This document shows, piece after piece, positions 9,846 through 18,853 of a stretch of DNA of 64,000 nt. The notes under the pieces were generated by a model. The model made no database searches, was not told the DNA's origin, and was given only the letters and a program-made list of their open reading frames with translations. The first letter of the stretch is position 1. Each line of letters opens with the position of its first letter. The translations under genes and the position numbers were made by a program. The DNA comes from Bryobacterales bacterium (lineage in GTDB: Bacteria; Acidobacteriota; Terriglobia; Bryobacterales; UBA6623). The DNA is taken from positions 2,483,767 to 2,547,766 of the forward strand of contig CBDEST010000005.1 of NCBI GenBank assembly GCA_965242625.1. The letters run 5' to 3'.

Positions 9846-11038
9846 TGCGCAGCATCATTTCCAACATACAAGCGTGAACGCGGCCGCGCTCAGGCCGCCT
9901 CCCGCAGCTCCGCGAAGAGCGCCTCGCGCGCCTCTTGCAGCGTGCGCGCCGTCGAGTGTTCCGTCTGCGCGTGCGCCTTGCGCCGCTTCCCCTTGTCTTC
10001 CGTCTCCACGCGCGGGAACAGGCACGGCCGGTGGTAATTCAGGTACGGGTCTAGCCACTCCCGGTGGAACCGGTCCAAGCGCTCCGCGCGGCGCCCCGGG
10101 ATGTGCCCGTACCCGAACTGCTTGCGGATCACGCTGCCGTTCTTGCTCTCCGCCAGGGCCTTGTCGTTGCTGCGCCGCAGGCGCGACTTGGTGAACTCCT
10201 CCACGCGCAGCTTCTCCAGCAGCGCGGCCACCTGGTAGTTGATGTACTCGGATCCGTTGTCGGAGTGAAACCCATGCACGACAAAGGGGAACGACGCCAG
10301 CAGCCGCTCCAGCACCGGGATCAGGTAGCGCTCCGAGATGCGCTCCACGCAGCCCGTGAACTGGTACTGGGTGACCTCGTCGACCGCGTTGACGTGGTAC
10401 ACCCCCTTGACCTTGTCGAGGTCGCCCTGATGCACCGAGTCCACCCGCACCCAGCCCGGGCGGCCCTCCGGGCGCGGCTGGCGCCGCTCGCTGATCGGCA
10501 CCGTCGCGGGGCGCGTGGCGTCCAGGCTGCCGAGCACGCGCACGTACGCCTGGGAGCGCCGCAGGTTGTACAGATGGCCGTGGGAGAGCCCCGCCAGCCG
10601 CTCGTAGCGCTCGTCGCCGAAGACCTCGAAAGCGCGCCGCAGCGAGGCCATCGTGGACAGCCCCAACAGCGTACCGTGCAGCGCGTCCGTCTCCGCCAGC
10701 AGTAGGATGTCGTCCCGCGTGTAGCGCCGCCGGAACGGTCGCGCCGCGCCCTTGCGCCCGTCCGCCAGCTTGCCTTCCGCGATGTACGCCGCGATCAGCC
10801 GCGCCACTTGCGCCCGCGACAGCCCCGTCGTGCGCTGCAGGTACGTCCGCAGCAAGCCCCGCTCCGCGCGCTTGTGCAGCTTTCAGTACGAGAACGGCCG
10901 CAACATCCGCCTCACGTGCGCGTACGCCTCCGCCAAGGTTCGGTGCGTCGCCAGATCGAGTTGCAAGATCACCCTCCGATGATCCGCGCATCCCCACCGG
11001 AGCCTCGTTCGGGCTCACTTCTCGTTGGACAAGACTGG
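9846..11038 (-). mobile_element. Probable IS carrying a DDE (rve) integrase; boundaries tentative
   Basis: The end motif gctcacttctcgttggacaagactgg at 11013-11038 recurs as solo copies at 41299-41323 (inverted) and 15910-15935. An imperfect inverted match tttccaacatacaagcgtgaac lies near 9850. Confidence 0.4.
9890..10855 (-). CDS. DDE-type integrase/transposase (rve core); N-terminal region interrupted by an in-frame TGA
   Basis: Motifs are HQGDLDKVKGVYHVNAVDEVT, HGFHSDNGSEYIN and KALAESKNGSVIRK. The frame upstream reads ...AYAHVRRMLRPFSY*KLHKRAERGLLRTYLQ with TGA at 10883-10885, so the gene is probably decaying. Confidence 0.7.
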   Translation of the reverse strand: MLRTYLQRTTGLSRAQVARLIAAYIAEGKLADGRKGAARPFRRRYTRDDILLLAETDALHGTLLGLSTMASLRRAFEVFGDERYERLAGLSHGHLYNLRRSQAYVRVLGSLDATRPATVPISERRQPRPEGRPGWVRVDSVHQGDLDKVKGVYHVNAVDEVTQYQFTGCVERISERYLIPVLERLLASFPFVVHGFHSDNGSEYINYQVAALLEKLRVEEFTKSRLRRSNDKALAESKNGSVIRKQFGYGHIPGRRAERLDRFHREWLDPYLNYHRPCLFPRVETEDKGKRRKAHAQTEHSTARTLQEAREALFAELREAA

Positions 11039-11050
11039 TAAAATCGCGGC

Positions 11051-11284
11051 GTGGCTATCCGCTCGATCCGGAGCGCTGCTCTGCGACAGCTCTGGGAGGA
11101 CGACGATGCGAGCGGCCTGCCGCCCAAGGACATCCGACGACTGCGCACGATCCTACTGGGCCTCCACGCGGCCGCCGAGCGACGCGACCTCCAGCGCCTC
11201 CGTGGCATTCATCGGCTGCGCGGCGATCTTGACGGCTACTGGTCCGCACGCGTAGATCGTCACCGGAGGGTCGTGTTTCGCTAG
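11051..11284 (+). CDS. higB: HigB-like (plasmid_killer/RelE-fold) toxin, C-terminally truncated by a TAG
   Basis: IRSIRSAALRQLWEDDDASGLPPKDIRRLRTILLGLHAA ... LRGDLDGYWSARVDRHRRVVFR*. After the TAG the same frame continues EDGAAHDVDY, the expected HigB end. Confidence 0.6.
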   Translation: MAIRSIRSAALRQLWEDDDASGLPPKDIRRLRTILLGLHAAAERRDLQRLRGIHRLRGDLDGYWSARVDRHRRVVFR

Positions 11285-11335
11285 GAGGACGGCGCTGCGC
11301 ACGACGTCGACTATCCAGGCTTTCGTTACATCGAC

Positions 11336-11653
11336 ATGCCCAAGCCCACACTCAAGCCCATGCGCAACCCGCCCCACCCGGGTCTCGTGGTCCAGGACCT
11401 TGGTTTTACCGAGGGCACCCAGCGCTCGGAGATGATCGAGCGGATCGGACTCGACCGCGCCGAGATCGACCCTGTGCTCAATGGCGAGGCTCCCCTGACC
11501 GCCAGCGTGGCCATCGCGCTGGAGGATGCCGGGATCTCCAGCGCGGCTTACTGGCTGCGGATGCAGTCGATTTACGACCTCGCCCAAGAGCGGCTGCGCC
11601 GCGACAGTACCACCGTCTCCGAGGCGGCGGGTTCGGCGGCGGTGTCGCCGTAA
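11336..11653 (+). CDS. higA: HigA-family antitoxin (XRE-type HTH)
   Basis: MRNPPHPGLVVQD...GTQRSEMIERIGLDRAEIDPVLNGEAPLTASVAIALEDAGISSAAYWLRMQSIYDL is the typical HigA signature, and the gene lies next to higB. Confidence 0.7.
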   Translation: MPKPTLKPMRNPPHPGLVVQDLGFTEGTQRSEMIERIGLDRAEIDPVLNGEAPLTASVAIALEDAGISSAAYWLRMQSIYDLAQERLRRDSTTVSEAAGSAAVSP

Positions 11654-12236
11654 GCGACTGCGACTACGGACGCGGTTCCCGCCGTTGCGGGCTGATCCGC
11701 CGCTAGCAGCGTGTTGCAATGCTTCGTCGGCTGGCGAGGTCCACGGTATCGGCTGTGAGTGCCCGCGAAACGACGGCGCTCTGGCACTTCGAGGCCACCG
11801 CGGCCTGTTTTGTGGCCGTATCGATGTCCAGGGCAGACCATTGAAATCGCCGTTGACACTCTTGTAACAGGCTCCTACTGTTGAGTCAGGTCGCGATTTG
11901 CGGATAGACTGACTTAACAGTAGCTTCGCTGTAACTGCTCACCTAGGGTAGCGGCGGATCGGTGCCAAGCAGTGGTGGGTCGAGGCACAACTGGCGGTGA
12001 GCACAGGCAAATTCAATGTTCGGGATCGCCAGGCTTGGCTGGGCTTGCTAGCGGGATTTTCGACCTCCGTCGCCCACGGAAATGTCGATCCAGAGTGGCT
12101 GCGCGGTGCCGGAACGAGGTGTCGGCACCCCTTGGGGGGCCTTCCGGCTCGGCGTGCCGATTCCCGCGCACAGGCGCACTGAACCCCTTGGCCGCCGTGC
12201 GGCTCGTGGCTAGTTGCAGTCGCGCGGTTAGCGCCG

Positions 12237-12421
12237 GGTCGCCAACCTCCAGATGCTGCGCTCCGGCTGCAATGCTCGCAAGGGCACCGGTACGCACGAG
12301 CTGCTGCTCGCTCATCTGCGAGCGGACGGGATACTGCAAGAGTGAGTGTCCATATGGACTTGGAGCGGAAACGAGCTGTACCACAACATATGGTGTCTAC
12401 TGTAGTTGAGTGCGTACCTAG
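12237..12421 (+). mobile_element. 3' remnant of a second copy of the MTase-HNH TIR element (HNH tail + right TIR)
   Basis: ANLQMLRSGCNARKGTGTHELLLAHLRADGILQE* matches the end of 16611..17831. The right TIR gtctactgtagttgagtgcgtacctag spans 12395-12421. It is followed by the same flank attccgacgat. Confidence 0.75.
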
Positions 12422-12458
12422 ATTCCGACGATTCCCGATTACGCGGGTCGCTCGGTGA

Positions 12459-12626
12459 GTGCCGCTCCCAACGCTCCTTGGATGGGTCCTCTATCCTCGC
12501 CGCCGCCGAAGATCCCGCCATCGAGGTTGAGTACCCACGCCTCCAGCAAGCCGACAAGATCGTTGCGAGTGTCGCCGCTAGAGCGGCGCACCAACCCTCC
12601 CGCGAGGGAACTGTGAGATAGGCTCT
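12459..12626 (-). pseudogene. Decayed copy of lipoprotein-gene 3' end (d segment)
   Basis: ORF-track 12439..12705(-) contains SLAGGLVRRSSGDTRNDLVGLLEAWVLNLDGGIFGGGEDRGPIQGALGAA. Confidence 0.55.
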
Positions 12627-12639
12627 CCGTTTCGAGGCA

Positions 12640-12876
12640 CCGAGTGGCGGAGGAAGGTACGTGCCGATACCCGGATGCGGCGAGTTCAAGGAGCAATCTA
12701 TGCACAACAGGATCCTATGCGTAGACCTGTACTTCGAAGGCCAAGCATCGCGGCTCGCGAGTCCCGCGACAGCCGGAGATGTGGTGACGCTGAGTGCATT
12801 GGAGGAATTTGGGAACGAAGGAAGGACGAGACAGTCGGAGTCAGGAGAGGATGCCTCGGCACGAGCAGACCGGTGA
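12640..12876 (+). pseudogene. Uma2 type-A remnant (C-terminal part only)
   Basis: MPIPGCGEFKEQSMHNRILCVDLYFEGQASRLASPATAGDVVTLSALEEF. The deletion junction matches those at 3961 and 18100. Confidence 0.6.
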
Positions 12877-13372
12877 CCCAGCGGTCGAGTCGCGAACCCC
12901 AAAGCGGAAGGTGGTCCATTGACGCTCGTTGGAGGAGGGAGGCTGAGTCTGACCAGTGCCACGCAACAGCCGAGGTTTCGAGAGGCAAGTGCCAATCCGG
13001 AGTAGGTGTGCGCCGTGGATTGAAGGATCGGAGGGTGCGTAGCCAAACAGGGATAGTCGACAGGCATCGATGACGACCTCCAAAGCGTCGACTAGGGAGG
13101 GGGTCGGTGGTGGGATCGCGTGCGCTCTCCAGAACCATTTGCCAGTGCTGCTGCTGCTCGGGGGGATTGCTATACGCTGAGGGTGTGAGTACCGCTCAGA
13201 ACAGGGTCGAGGATCAGGTCGTCCATGATGTCTCCGCTGGGGGGGTCACTGACGTGATCTGCGGCGTGGACCCCAGGCTGAAGTTGAGTTGGCCGGGCGA
13301 ACCTGCGGGTCCGCGGGGAATCCGCATGACCGCTGTCTCACACACTTGCTCCGACACACAGTGGATTGCGCC

Positions 13373-13788
13373 TGTTAGCGCAAACCTTAAATGTCCGCTT
13401 TTTCGATGTAGCGGAGCAGCATGCCGGACCCCGTGCCACAAGGGCTGGGGCCAAGCCCACCGGCTGCAAGCAGCCGGTGGGCAGCGTTACGGCGAGCGCG
13501 CCGAGGTGCCTGGCGGGGCCGGGTACGCGTTGAGCGGCCGAGGCCTGCTGTTGAATGTCTGTTTGTCTTGTAGAACACCGGCTGGTTGGGCCGCAGCCAG
13601 CTTGAAGGCCGCTACTGCAGAAAGGAATACGGGGGTGCCTCTGTCCTCCGCCCCGCGAGGCTTCCCTTGGGCATGACGCGGCCCCGCTGGAAGAAGCGGC
13701 CGCAACGGAAGGGACAGCCCGGAGCCCGCCCGGCGAACCGGACATTTAAGGTTTGCCAAAAAGCGGACATTTAAGGATTGCTCCGACA
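13373..13788 (+). mobile_element. MITE-400, copy 2
   Basis: TIRs are tgttagcgcaaaccttaaatgtccg and cggacatttaaggattgctccgaca. An internal perfect hairpin cccaccggctgc-aa-gcagccggtggg spans 13456-13481. Confidence 0.75.
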
Positions 13789-13913
13789 AATTGTTGACAG
13801 ACTGTTGGCAGCCGCCCGCGAGAGGGTCTATCATGAATTCGCCAATGCTCCAGCAGTCAGCTGGCAGGCCGACCGTCCAAGCAGATCACAACGAGAGGGC
13901 GGGGGAGCAGACA

Positions 13914-14168
13914 ATGACGAGATCGGGCAGCAGCGTCAATTGGACTGCCATCCGAACGGGCGGCGCCATCGCGTTCGCGTTCATCGGACTATTCCTCGCC
14001 GCCCTCACTTGGCTTGATGGTCGGGCCGAGGCGCGGATTGAAGCGGTTGGCGAGCGAATCACCAGAGTCGATGCCCGGGCCGAGCAGCGGGACGCCCAAC
14101 TACGCGAGGACATCAAGGCGCTCGATGCCAAGCTCGATGAAGTCCTCGCACTCATCAGGCAGCGGTAG
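13914..14168 (+). CDS. Small membrane-anchored coiled-coil protein (unknown function)
   Basis: ATG 13914 lies 6 nt after GGGGGAG. A TM helix (GGAIAFAFIGLFLAALTWL) is followed by a heptad-like AEARIEAVGERITRVDARAEQRDAQLREDIKALDAKLDEV. Confidence 0.5.
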   Translation: MTRSGSSVNWTAIRTGGAIAFAFIGLFLAALTWLDGRAEARIEAVGERITRVDARAEQRDAQLREDIKALDAKLDEVLALIRQR

Positions 14169-14392
14169 GTTGCCCGCGAGAACGCTCCCGCTCCCCTCCC
14201 CCGGTCACAAGGCCGACACGCCCGAGAGCGGACGGAATCGACCGGAAACGCGCCAAAACACGCGCCGACCTTCCCGTTTCAGCTAGGTTCCCAACATTTT
14301 TTCTGCCCTCGTTGCGAACTAGGATCTGACTTGTCCTTATTCCATATACACTTTCCCCGAAAGCAACTTTTAGGCCCGCTGTTCAGTCCAAG

Positions 14393-14807
14393 TGGTAGCG
14401 CAAGCCTTAAATGTCCGGTTCTGGCAATTTTTAAATGTCCGCTTTTTCGAAGCAGCTGAGCAACATGCCGGACCCAGTGCCACCAAGTCCTGGACCAAGC
14501 CCACCGGCTGCAAGCAGCCGGTGGGCACCGCTACGGCGATCACGCGGCTGTGCCTGGCGGGGCCGGGTACGCGTTGAGCGGCCGAGGCCTGCTGTTGAAT
14601 ACCTCTTTGTCTCGTAGAACACTGTCAGATACGTCCCCAGCCAGCTTGAAGGCCGCTACTGCAGAAAGGAATGTGGGGCTGGCTCTGCCCGCCGCCGCCG
14701 CGAGGTTTTCCTCGGGCATGCAGCGGCCCCGCTGGAAGGAGTGACCGCAACGGTAGGGACGGCCCGGAGGCCGCCCCAGAACCGGACGTTTCAGCTTTGC
14801 TCCGACA
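14393..14807 (+). mobile_element. MITE-400, copy 3
   Basis: TIRs are tggtagcgcaagccttaaatgtccg and cggacgtttcagctttgctccgaca. The body and hairpin are the same as in copy 2. Confidence 0.75.
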
Positions 14808-14862
14808 ATCCGACAATCCGACATTGCACACGACAAAGCCCTGCTGGTCTGGTACTATCCGA

Positions 14863-15363
14863 ATGGAGGTGAGTGGCGTGGCGGCAACTCTCGATAGATT
14901 GAAAGGTGTGGGCAAGGGAGTGTTCAAGCTCCTGCTGTCTGCTGTTCCAACCGTGACGGTGGTCTTCTACCTGCATGGCGATCTCAAGGAGGAGGTTCTC
15001 TACCTGCATGGCGATCTCAAGGAGGAGGTTCGCATTTCGCGTGAGAACCATGTCGCCTTGGTTGGCACGGTCAACGATCTTCAAGTACAGGTGGCAAGGA
15101 TTGAGGAGAGGCAGCGGCTTCGCTCGGATCTTGCTAGGCGCTTCGCCGCCTCTGGCGAGGAGACCAGGTATGGCGACCCCGTGAGTGCCGCCGACGCTCT
15201 GCTGGCGTTGGCGCCGCCCGACATCGAAGCTAAACTCAGGGCACGTGACATCGGTGTCCCAACAGAGTTTGATACGCTCGACACAGACCCCGCAACAATG
15301 TTGGCAGACGAACTGTGGGAGGATCGCGCCAACATCTTGGCGCAGGCTGGCCCGATTCCTTAG
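14863..15363 (+). CDS. Hypothetical protein with hydrophobic N-terminus and coiled-coil segment
   Basis: ATG at 14863. VFKLLLSAVPTVTVVFYL is followed by a duplicated HGDLKEEV segment and then VNDLQVQVARIEERQRL. I recognised no family. Confidence 0.4.
   Translation: MEVSGVAATLDRLKGVGKGVFKLLLSAVPTVTVVFYLHGDLKEEVLYLHGDLKEEVRISRENHVALVGTVNDLQVQVARIEERQRLRSDLARRFAASGEETRYGDPVSAADALLALAPPDIEAKLRARDIGVPTEFDTLDTDPATMLADELWEDRANILAQAGPIP
14968..15033. repeat. 33-bp in-frame tandem duplication (2 units, 1 mismatch)
   Basis: tacctgcatggcgatctcaaggaggaggttctc (14968-15000) is repeated at 15001-15033. Confidence 0.9.
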
Positions 15364-15937
15364 GAGCCTGTGGAGGTCGCCGACGGTAGCACCCCTCCGA
15401 ATGCGCGTCGAAGGCAACGCAAGCCGGATTCACCGGTGCCATCCACGCCCATTGGAGTAGGACTCATTCCAACCTTCCCGCCCCCTGTCGAAGGTCGCCG
15501 CCCGTTCCGCGCGTCCGTCGATTCGCAGAATTTGCGATACACACCGCGCGGGCGGGCGGGGCTCGAGCACTTGCCATTCCGACACTCGGGCGTCTCCGCT
15601 ACGTTCCGCGGACACCGCGGTCGCTCCAGGATTCGTATCGCCGGTGCCTCGCCTTCCCGCGAATCACGAATTCATTCCCATCGTTGTCGATTCCCGTCTC
15701 GACCTGCCGCCGGTAGACACTCCTCGGCAACGGAGAAGCCGGGGACCTTGCGCTGACCCGCGCGCGACCGGCTCACGGTCGATGTCGCGAGACCCGCCAG
15801 CTTGAGGCAGCGCCGAGCCCTGCGTCCAGCAACTCCCGCCGAAAGTCCCGCATGGATCGCCAGCACTCCCAAGTGTTCGTGGAAATCGCCATTGACCTGC
15901 CGCACGGATGCTCATCTCTCGTTGGAGAAGACTGGCC

Positions 15938-16372
15938 AAGCGCTACGCGGCCGTGGGCATGCGCGAATGCTGGCGGTTCGACATGACCGGCGAGTGCCTG
16001 AGCCCGCGCCTGCAAGGATTCCGCTTAGAACGCGGGGAATACGTGGCATTGCCCTCGGCTGAGGAAGGCGGAGAGTTGACGATCCGCAGTGAAGTCCTGG
16101 GCTTGGACTTCCGATGGCACAGCGAGCGACTCCAAGTGAAGGATCCCAGTACCGGCCGGGTGTACCAGAGTTTGGAGAACATGCGGGAACTGCAGGCACT
16201 GAAGGAAGCGGCGGAGCGCGGAGATCGTGAAGCTGCCGCGCGAGCGAGGAAGACTCGGCAGATGATCGCGGAAGTCATGGCGAAACGGGACGCGGTGCTT
16301 GGACCGGCTTCTGGGGACGGAGGAATCGCCGGAGGCGCGGCTGTGCCTGCTGAGAGCAGCGGAAGCGCTTGA
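15938..16372 (+). pseudogene. Uma2 type-B remnant (C-terminal half only)
   Basis: Homology to 2721..3689 starts at ...DWP-KR-YAAVGMRECWRFD. The solo IS-end-like motif at 15910-15935 lies immediately upstream. Confidence 0.6.
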
Positions 16373-16449
16373 CTGGGAATCGGAAGCTACGGCGAATGTA
16401 CTCGCGCTAGGTCGCAAGCCCGCAGGACACGCTCTCGAATTCCGACGAT

Positions 16450-17894
16450 CTAGGCATGTACTTGGCTACAGTAGACCGGAAAACACCACAACATGTTGAT
16501 TCTCGCAGTGGATTGGCACTCGCGGCGAGACACTGGTATCGTGAGCCGAACTAGAATGCTCCGGCGACGGCTGCGACCGCCCCGGAGCGTGGTAGCAATG
16601 GAGGCGCTACATGACACAGCTTTGCAACCGGACGCTGTTCACGGGCGACAACCTGCCCATCTTGCGCGGCATGAATAGCGATTCCGTAGACCTGATCTAT
16701 CTGGATCCTCCGTTCAACTCGAACGCGACCTACTCCGCTCCCGTGGGCAGCGCGGCCGCCGGAGCGGCATTCAAGGATTCGTGGACGCTGGATGATGTGG
16801 ACGCCGAATGGCACGGCCAGATCGCCGACGAGCATCCGGCCCTGTACAAGATCATCGACGGCGCGGGCGCGGCGCACTCAAAGGGGATGCAAGCCTATCT
16901 GATCATGATGGGCGTGCGGATGATCGAGATGGAGCGCATCTTGCGACCTACAGGCTCGATCTACCTGCATTGCGACCCGACCGCCGGGGCCTATCTCAAG
17001 ACGCTCATGGACGCCGTGTTCGGGCGCAAGCAGTTCCGCAACGAGGTCGTCTGGAGCTATCGCCGCTGGCCTGCCAAGCATCCCAACTTTCAGCGGATGC
17101 ACGACACCATCCTGCGGTATGCAGGCGAGGGAGCGACATGGAATCAGCAGTACGAACCGCTCGCGGACTCCACGCGCAAGACCTTTGGCACCAAGCGCCA
17201 AGTCGCCGATTTCTCGAGCGGGCACCGGAAGCCCAGCACTACAGCGAAAGAGTCACCCGGCGCACCTATGCGCGATGTCTGGAGCATCGGCGTCATTGCT
17301 CCAGTCGCGAAGGAGCGGTGCGGGTATCCAACCCAGAAGCCCCTATCGCTGTTGGAGCGCATCATCACGGCCAGTAGCAACGAGGGGGATTACGTCTTCG
17401 ACCCGTTCTGCGGCTGTGCCACCACGCTAGTCGCTGCGGAGAGACTGTCCAGAAAATGGGGGGGGGCCGACCTCTCCGACCTCGCGGTCAAGCTCGTCAA
17501 GCAGCGGATCAAGCGCGAGTTGGGCGGACTGCTCTTCGATGTCATCCATCGGACGGACATCCCCAAGCGCACGGATCAAGGGAAGCTGCCCCACTATCGC
17601 AGTCACGCCCATCGACTCTACGGCGAGCAGGAGGGGCACTGCAAGGCTTGCGGGACGCACTTCCCGTTCCGAGTCATGCATGTCGATCACATCGTGCCAA
17701 AGTCTCAGGGCGGCGGCGATGAATTCGCCAACCTCCAGATGCTGTGCTCCGGTTGCAATGCTCGCAAGGGCACCGGTACGCACGAGCAGCTGCTCGCTCA
17801 TCTGCGAGCGGACGGGATACTGCAAGCGTGAGTATCCATATGGACTTGGCGCGGAAACGAGCACGGTGTCTACTGCAGTTAGGTGCGTGCCTAG
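16450..17894 (+). mobile_element. 1,445-bp TIR-bounded insertion whose only ORF is the MTase-HNH fusion
   Basis: The left TIR is ctaggcatgtacttggctacagtagac (16450-76) and the right TIR is gtctactgcagttaggtgcgtgcctag (17868-94), matching at 21/27 positions. Flanking direct repeats are attccgacgat and attcctacgat. Paralogous spacers at ~1520 and ~3765 are uninterrupted. Confidence 0.65.
16611..17831 (+). CDS. Beta-class N6-adenine/N4-cytosine DNA methyltransferase fused to a C-terminal HNH endonuclease
   Basis: GGAGG lies 6 nt before ATG 16611. Motif IV is IYLDPPFNS near the N-terminus and motif I is VFDPFCGCATT later, which is beta-class order. The C-terminal HNH reads HVDHIVPKSQGGGDEFANLQMLCSGCNARKG. 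Confidence 0.85.
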   Translation: MTQLCNRTLFTGDNLPILRGMNSDSVDLIYLDPPFNSNATYSAPVGSAAAGAAFKDSWTLDDVDAEWHGQIADEHPALYKIIDGAGAAHSKGMQAYLIMMGVRMIEMERILRPTGSIYLHCDPTAGAYLKTLMDAVFGRKQFRNEVVWSYRRWPAKHPNFQRMHDTILRYAGEGATWNQQYEPLADSTRKTFGTKRQVADFSSGHRKPSTTAKESPGAPMRDVWSIGVIAPVAKERCGYPTQKPLSLLERIITASSNEGDYVFDPFCGCATTLVAAERLSRKWGGADLSDLAVKLVKQRIKRELGGLLFDVIHRTDIPKRTDQGKLPHYRSHAHRLYGEQEGHCKACGTHFPFRVMHVDHIVPKSQGGGDEFANLQMLCSGCNARKGTGTHEQLLAHLRADGILQA

Positions 17895-17931
17895 ATTCCT
17901 ACGATTCCCGATCACGCGGGTCGCTCGGTGA

Positions 17932-18100
17932 GTGCCGCACCCAACGCTCCTTGGATGGGTCCTCTATCCTCGCCGACGCCCAAGATCCCGCCATCGAGGT
18001 TGAGTACCCAGGTCCACGGCAAGCCGACAGGATCGTTGCGAGTGTCGCTGCTGGAGCGGCGCACCAACCCTCCCGCGAGGGAACTGTGAGATAGGCTCTC
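17932..18100 (-). pseudogene. Decayed copy of lipoprotein-gene 3' end (d segment)
   Basis: My minus-strand translation is SLSHSSLAGGLVRRSSSDTRNDPVGLPWTWVLNLDGGILGVGEDRGPIQGALGAA. Confidence 0.55.
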
Positions 18101-18116
18101 CGTTTCGAGGCCCCGA

Positions 18117-18371
18117 GTGGCGGACGGAAGGTACGTGCCGATACCCGGATGCGGCGAGTTCAGGGAGCAATCTATGCACAGCAGCAGGATCCCATGCGTA
18201 GACCTGTACTTCGAAGGCCAAGCATCGCGGCTCGCGCGTCGCCCGACAGCGGGGGACGTTGAGGGCGTTGGAGGAACTCGGGAACGAAGGAAAGACGAGA
18301 CAGGCGGAGTCAGGAGAGGATGCCTCGGTACGAGCAGACCGGTGATCCAGCGGTCGAGTCGTGGAGCCTAG
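18117..18371 (+). pseudogene. Uma2 type-A remnant (C-terminal part only, degraded)
   Basis: ADGRYVPIPGCGEFREQSMHSSRIPCVDLYFEGQASRLARRPTAGDV. This is a paralog of 12640..12876 within the segmental duplication. Confidence 0.55.
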
Positions 18372-18853
18372 AGCGGAATGTGGTCTATTGACGTTCGTTG
18401 GAGGAGGGAGCCTGACACCGGCCGATGCCACGCAACAGCCGAGGTTTCGAGAGGCAAGTGCCAATCCGGAGTAGGTGTGCGCCGTGGGTTGAAGGATTGG
18501 AGGGTGCGTGGCCAAACAGGGATGGTCGTCAGGCATGGATGGCGATCTTCAAAGCTCCGATTAGGGAGAGGGTCGGTGGTGGGATCGCGTACGCTCTCCA
18601 GAACGATTTGCCAGCGCCACTGCTGCTCGGAGGGATTGCTATACGCTGAGGGTGTGAGAACCGCCCAGAACAGGGTCGAGGATCAGGTCGTCCATGATGT
18701 CTCCGCTGGGGTTGTCAATGAGGTGATCTGCGGCGCGGACCCTAGGCTGAAGGTGAGTTGGCCGGGCGCACCTGCGGGTCCGCGGGGAATCCGCATGACC
18801 GCTGTCTCACATACTTGCTCCGACATTTCTCCGACACCGGATTTCGCCGCTCC

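Noticed and set aside
9855-11018. A 387-aa minus-strand ORF overlaps the integrase in another frame.
   Set aside because: Its composition is low-complexity Ala/Gly/Arg and it has no motifs. The 9890..10855 frame has the rve core.
10883-11284. I considered the in-frame TGA (10883..10885) in the integrase and the TAG (11282..11284) in higB as programmed recoding (Sec/Pyl or read-through).
   Set aside because: I noticed no SECIS-like or PYLIS-like context and no recoding machinery. Both genes sit in decaying mobile DNA, so simple nonsense mutations are the parsimonious reading. Assembly error cannot be excluded.
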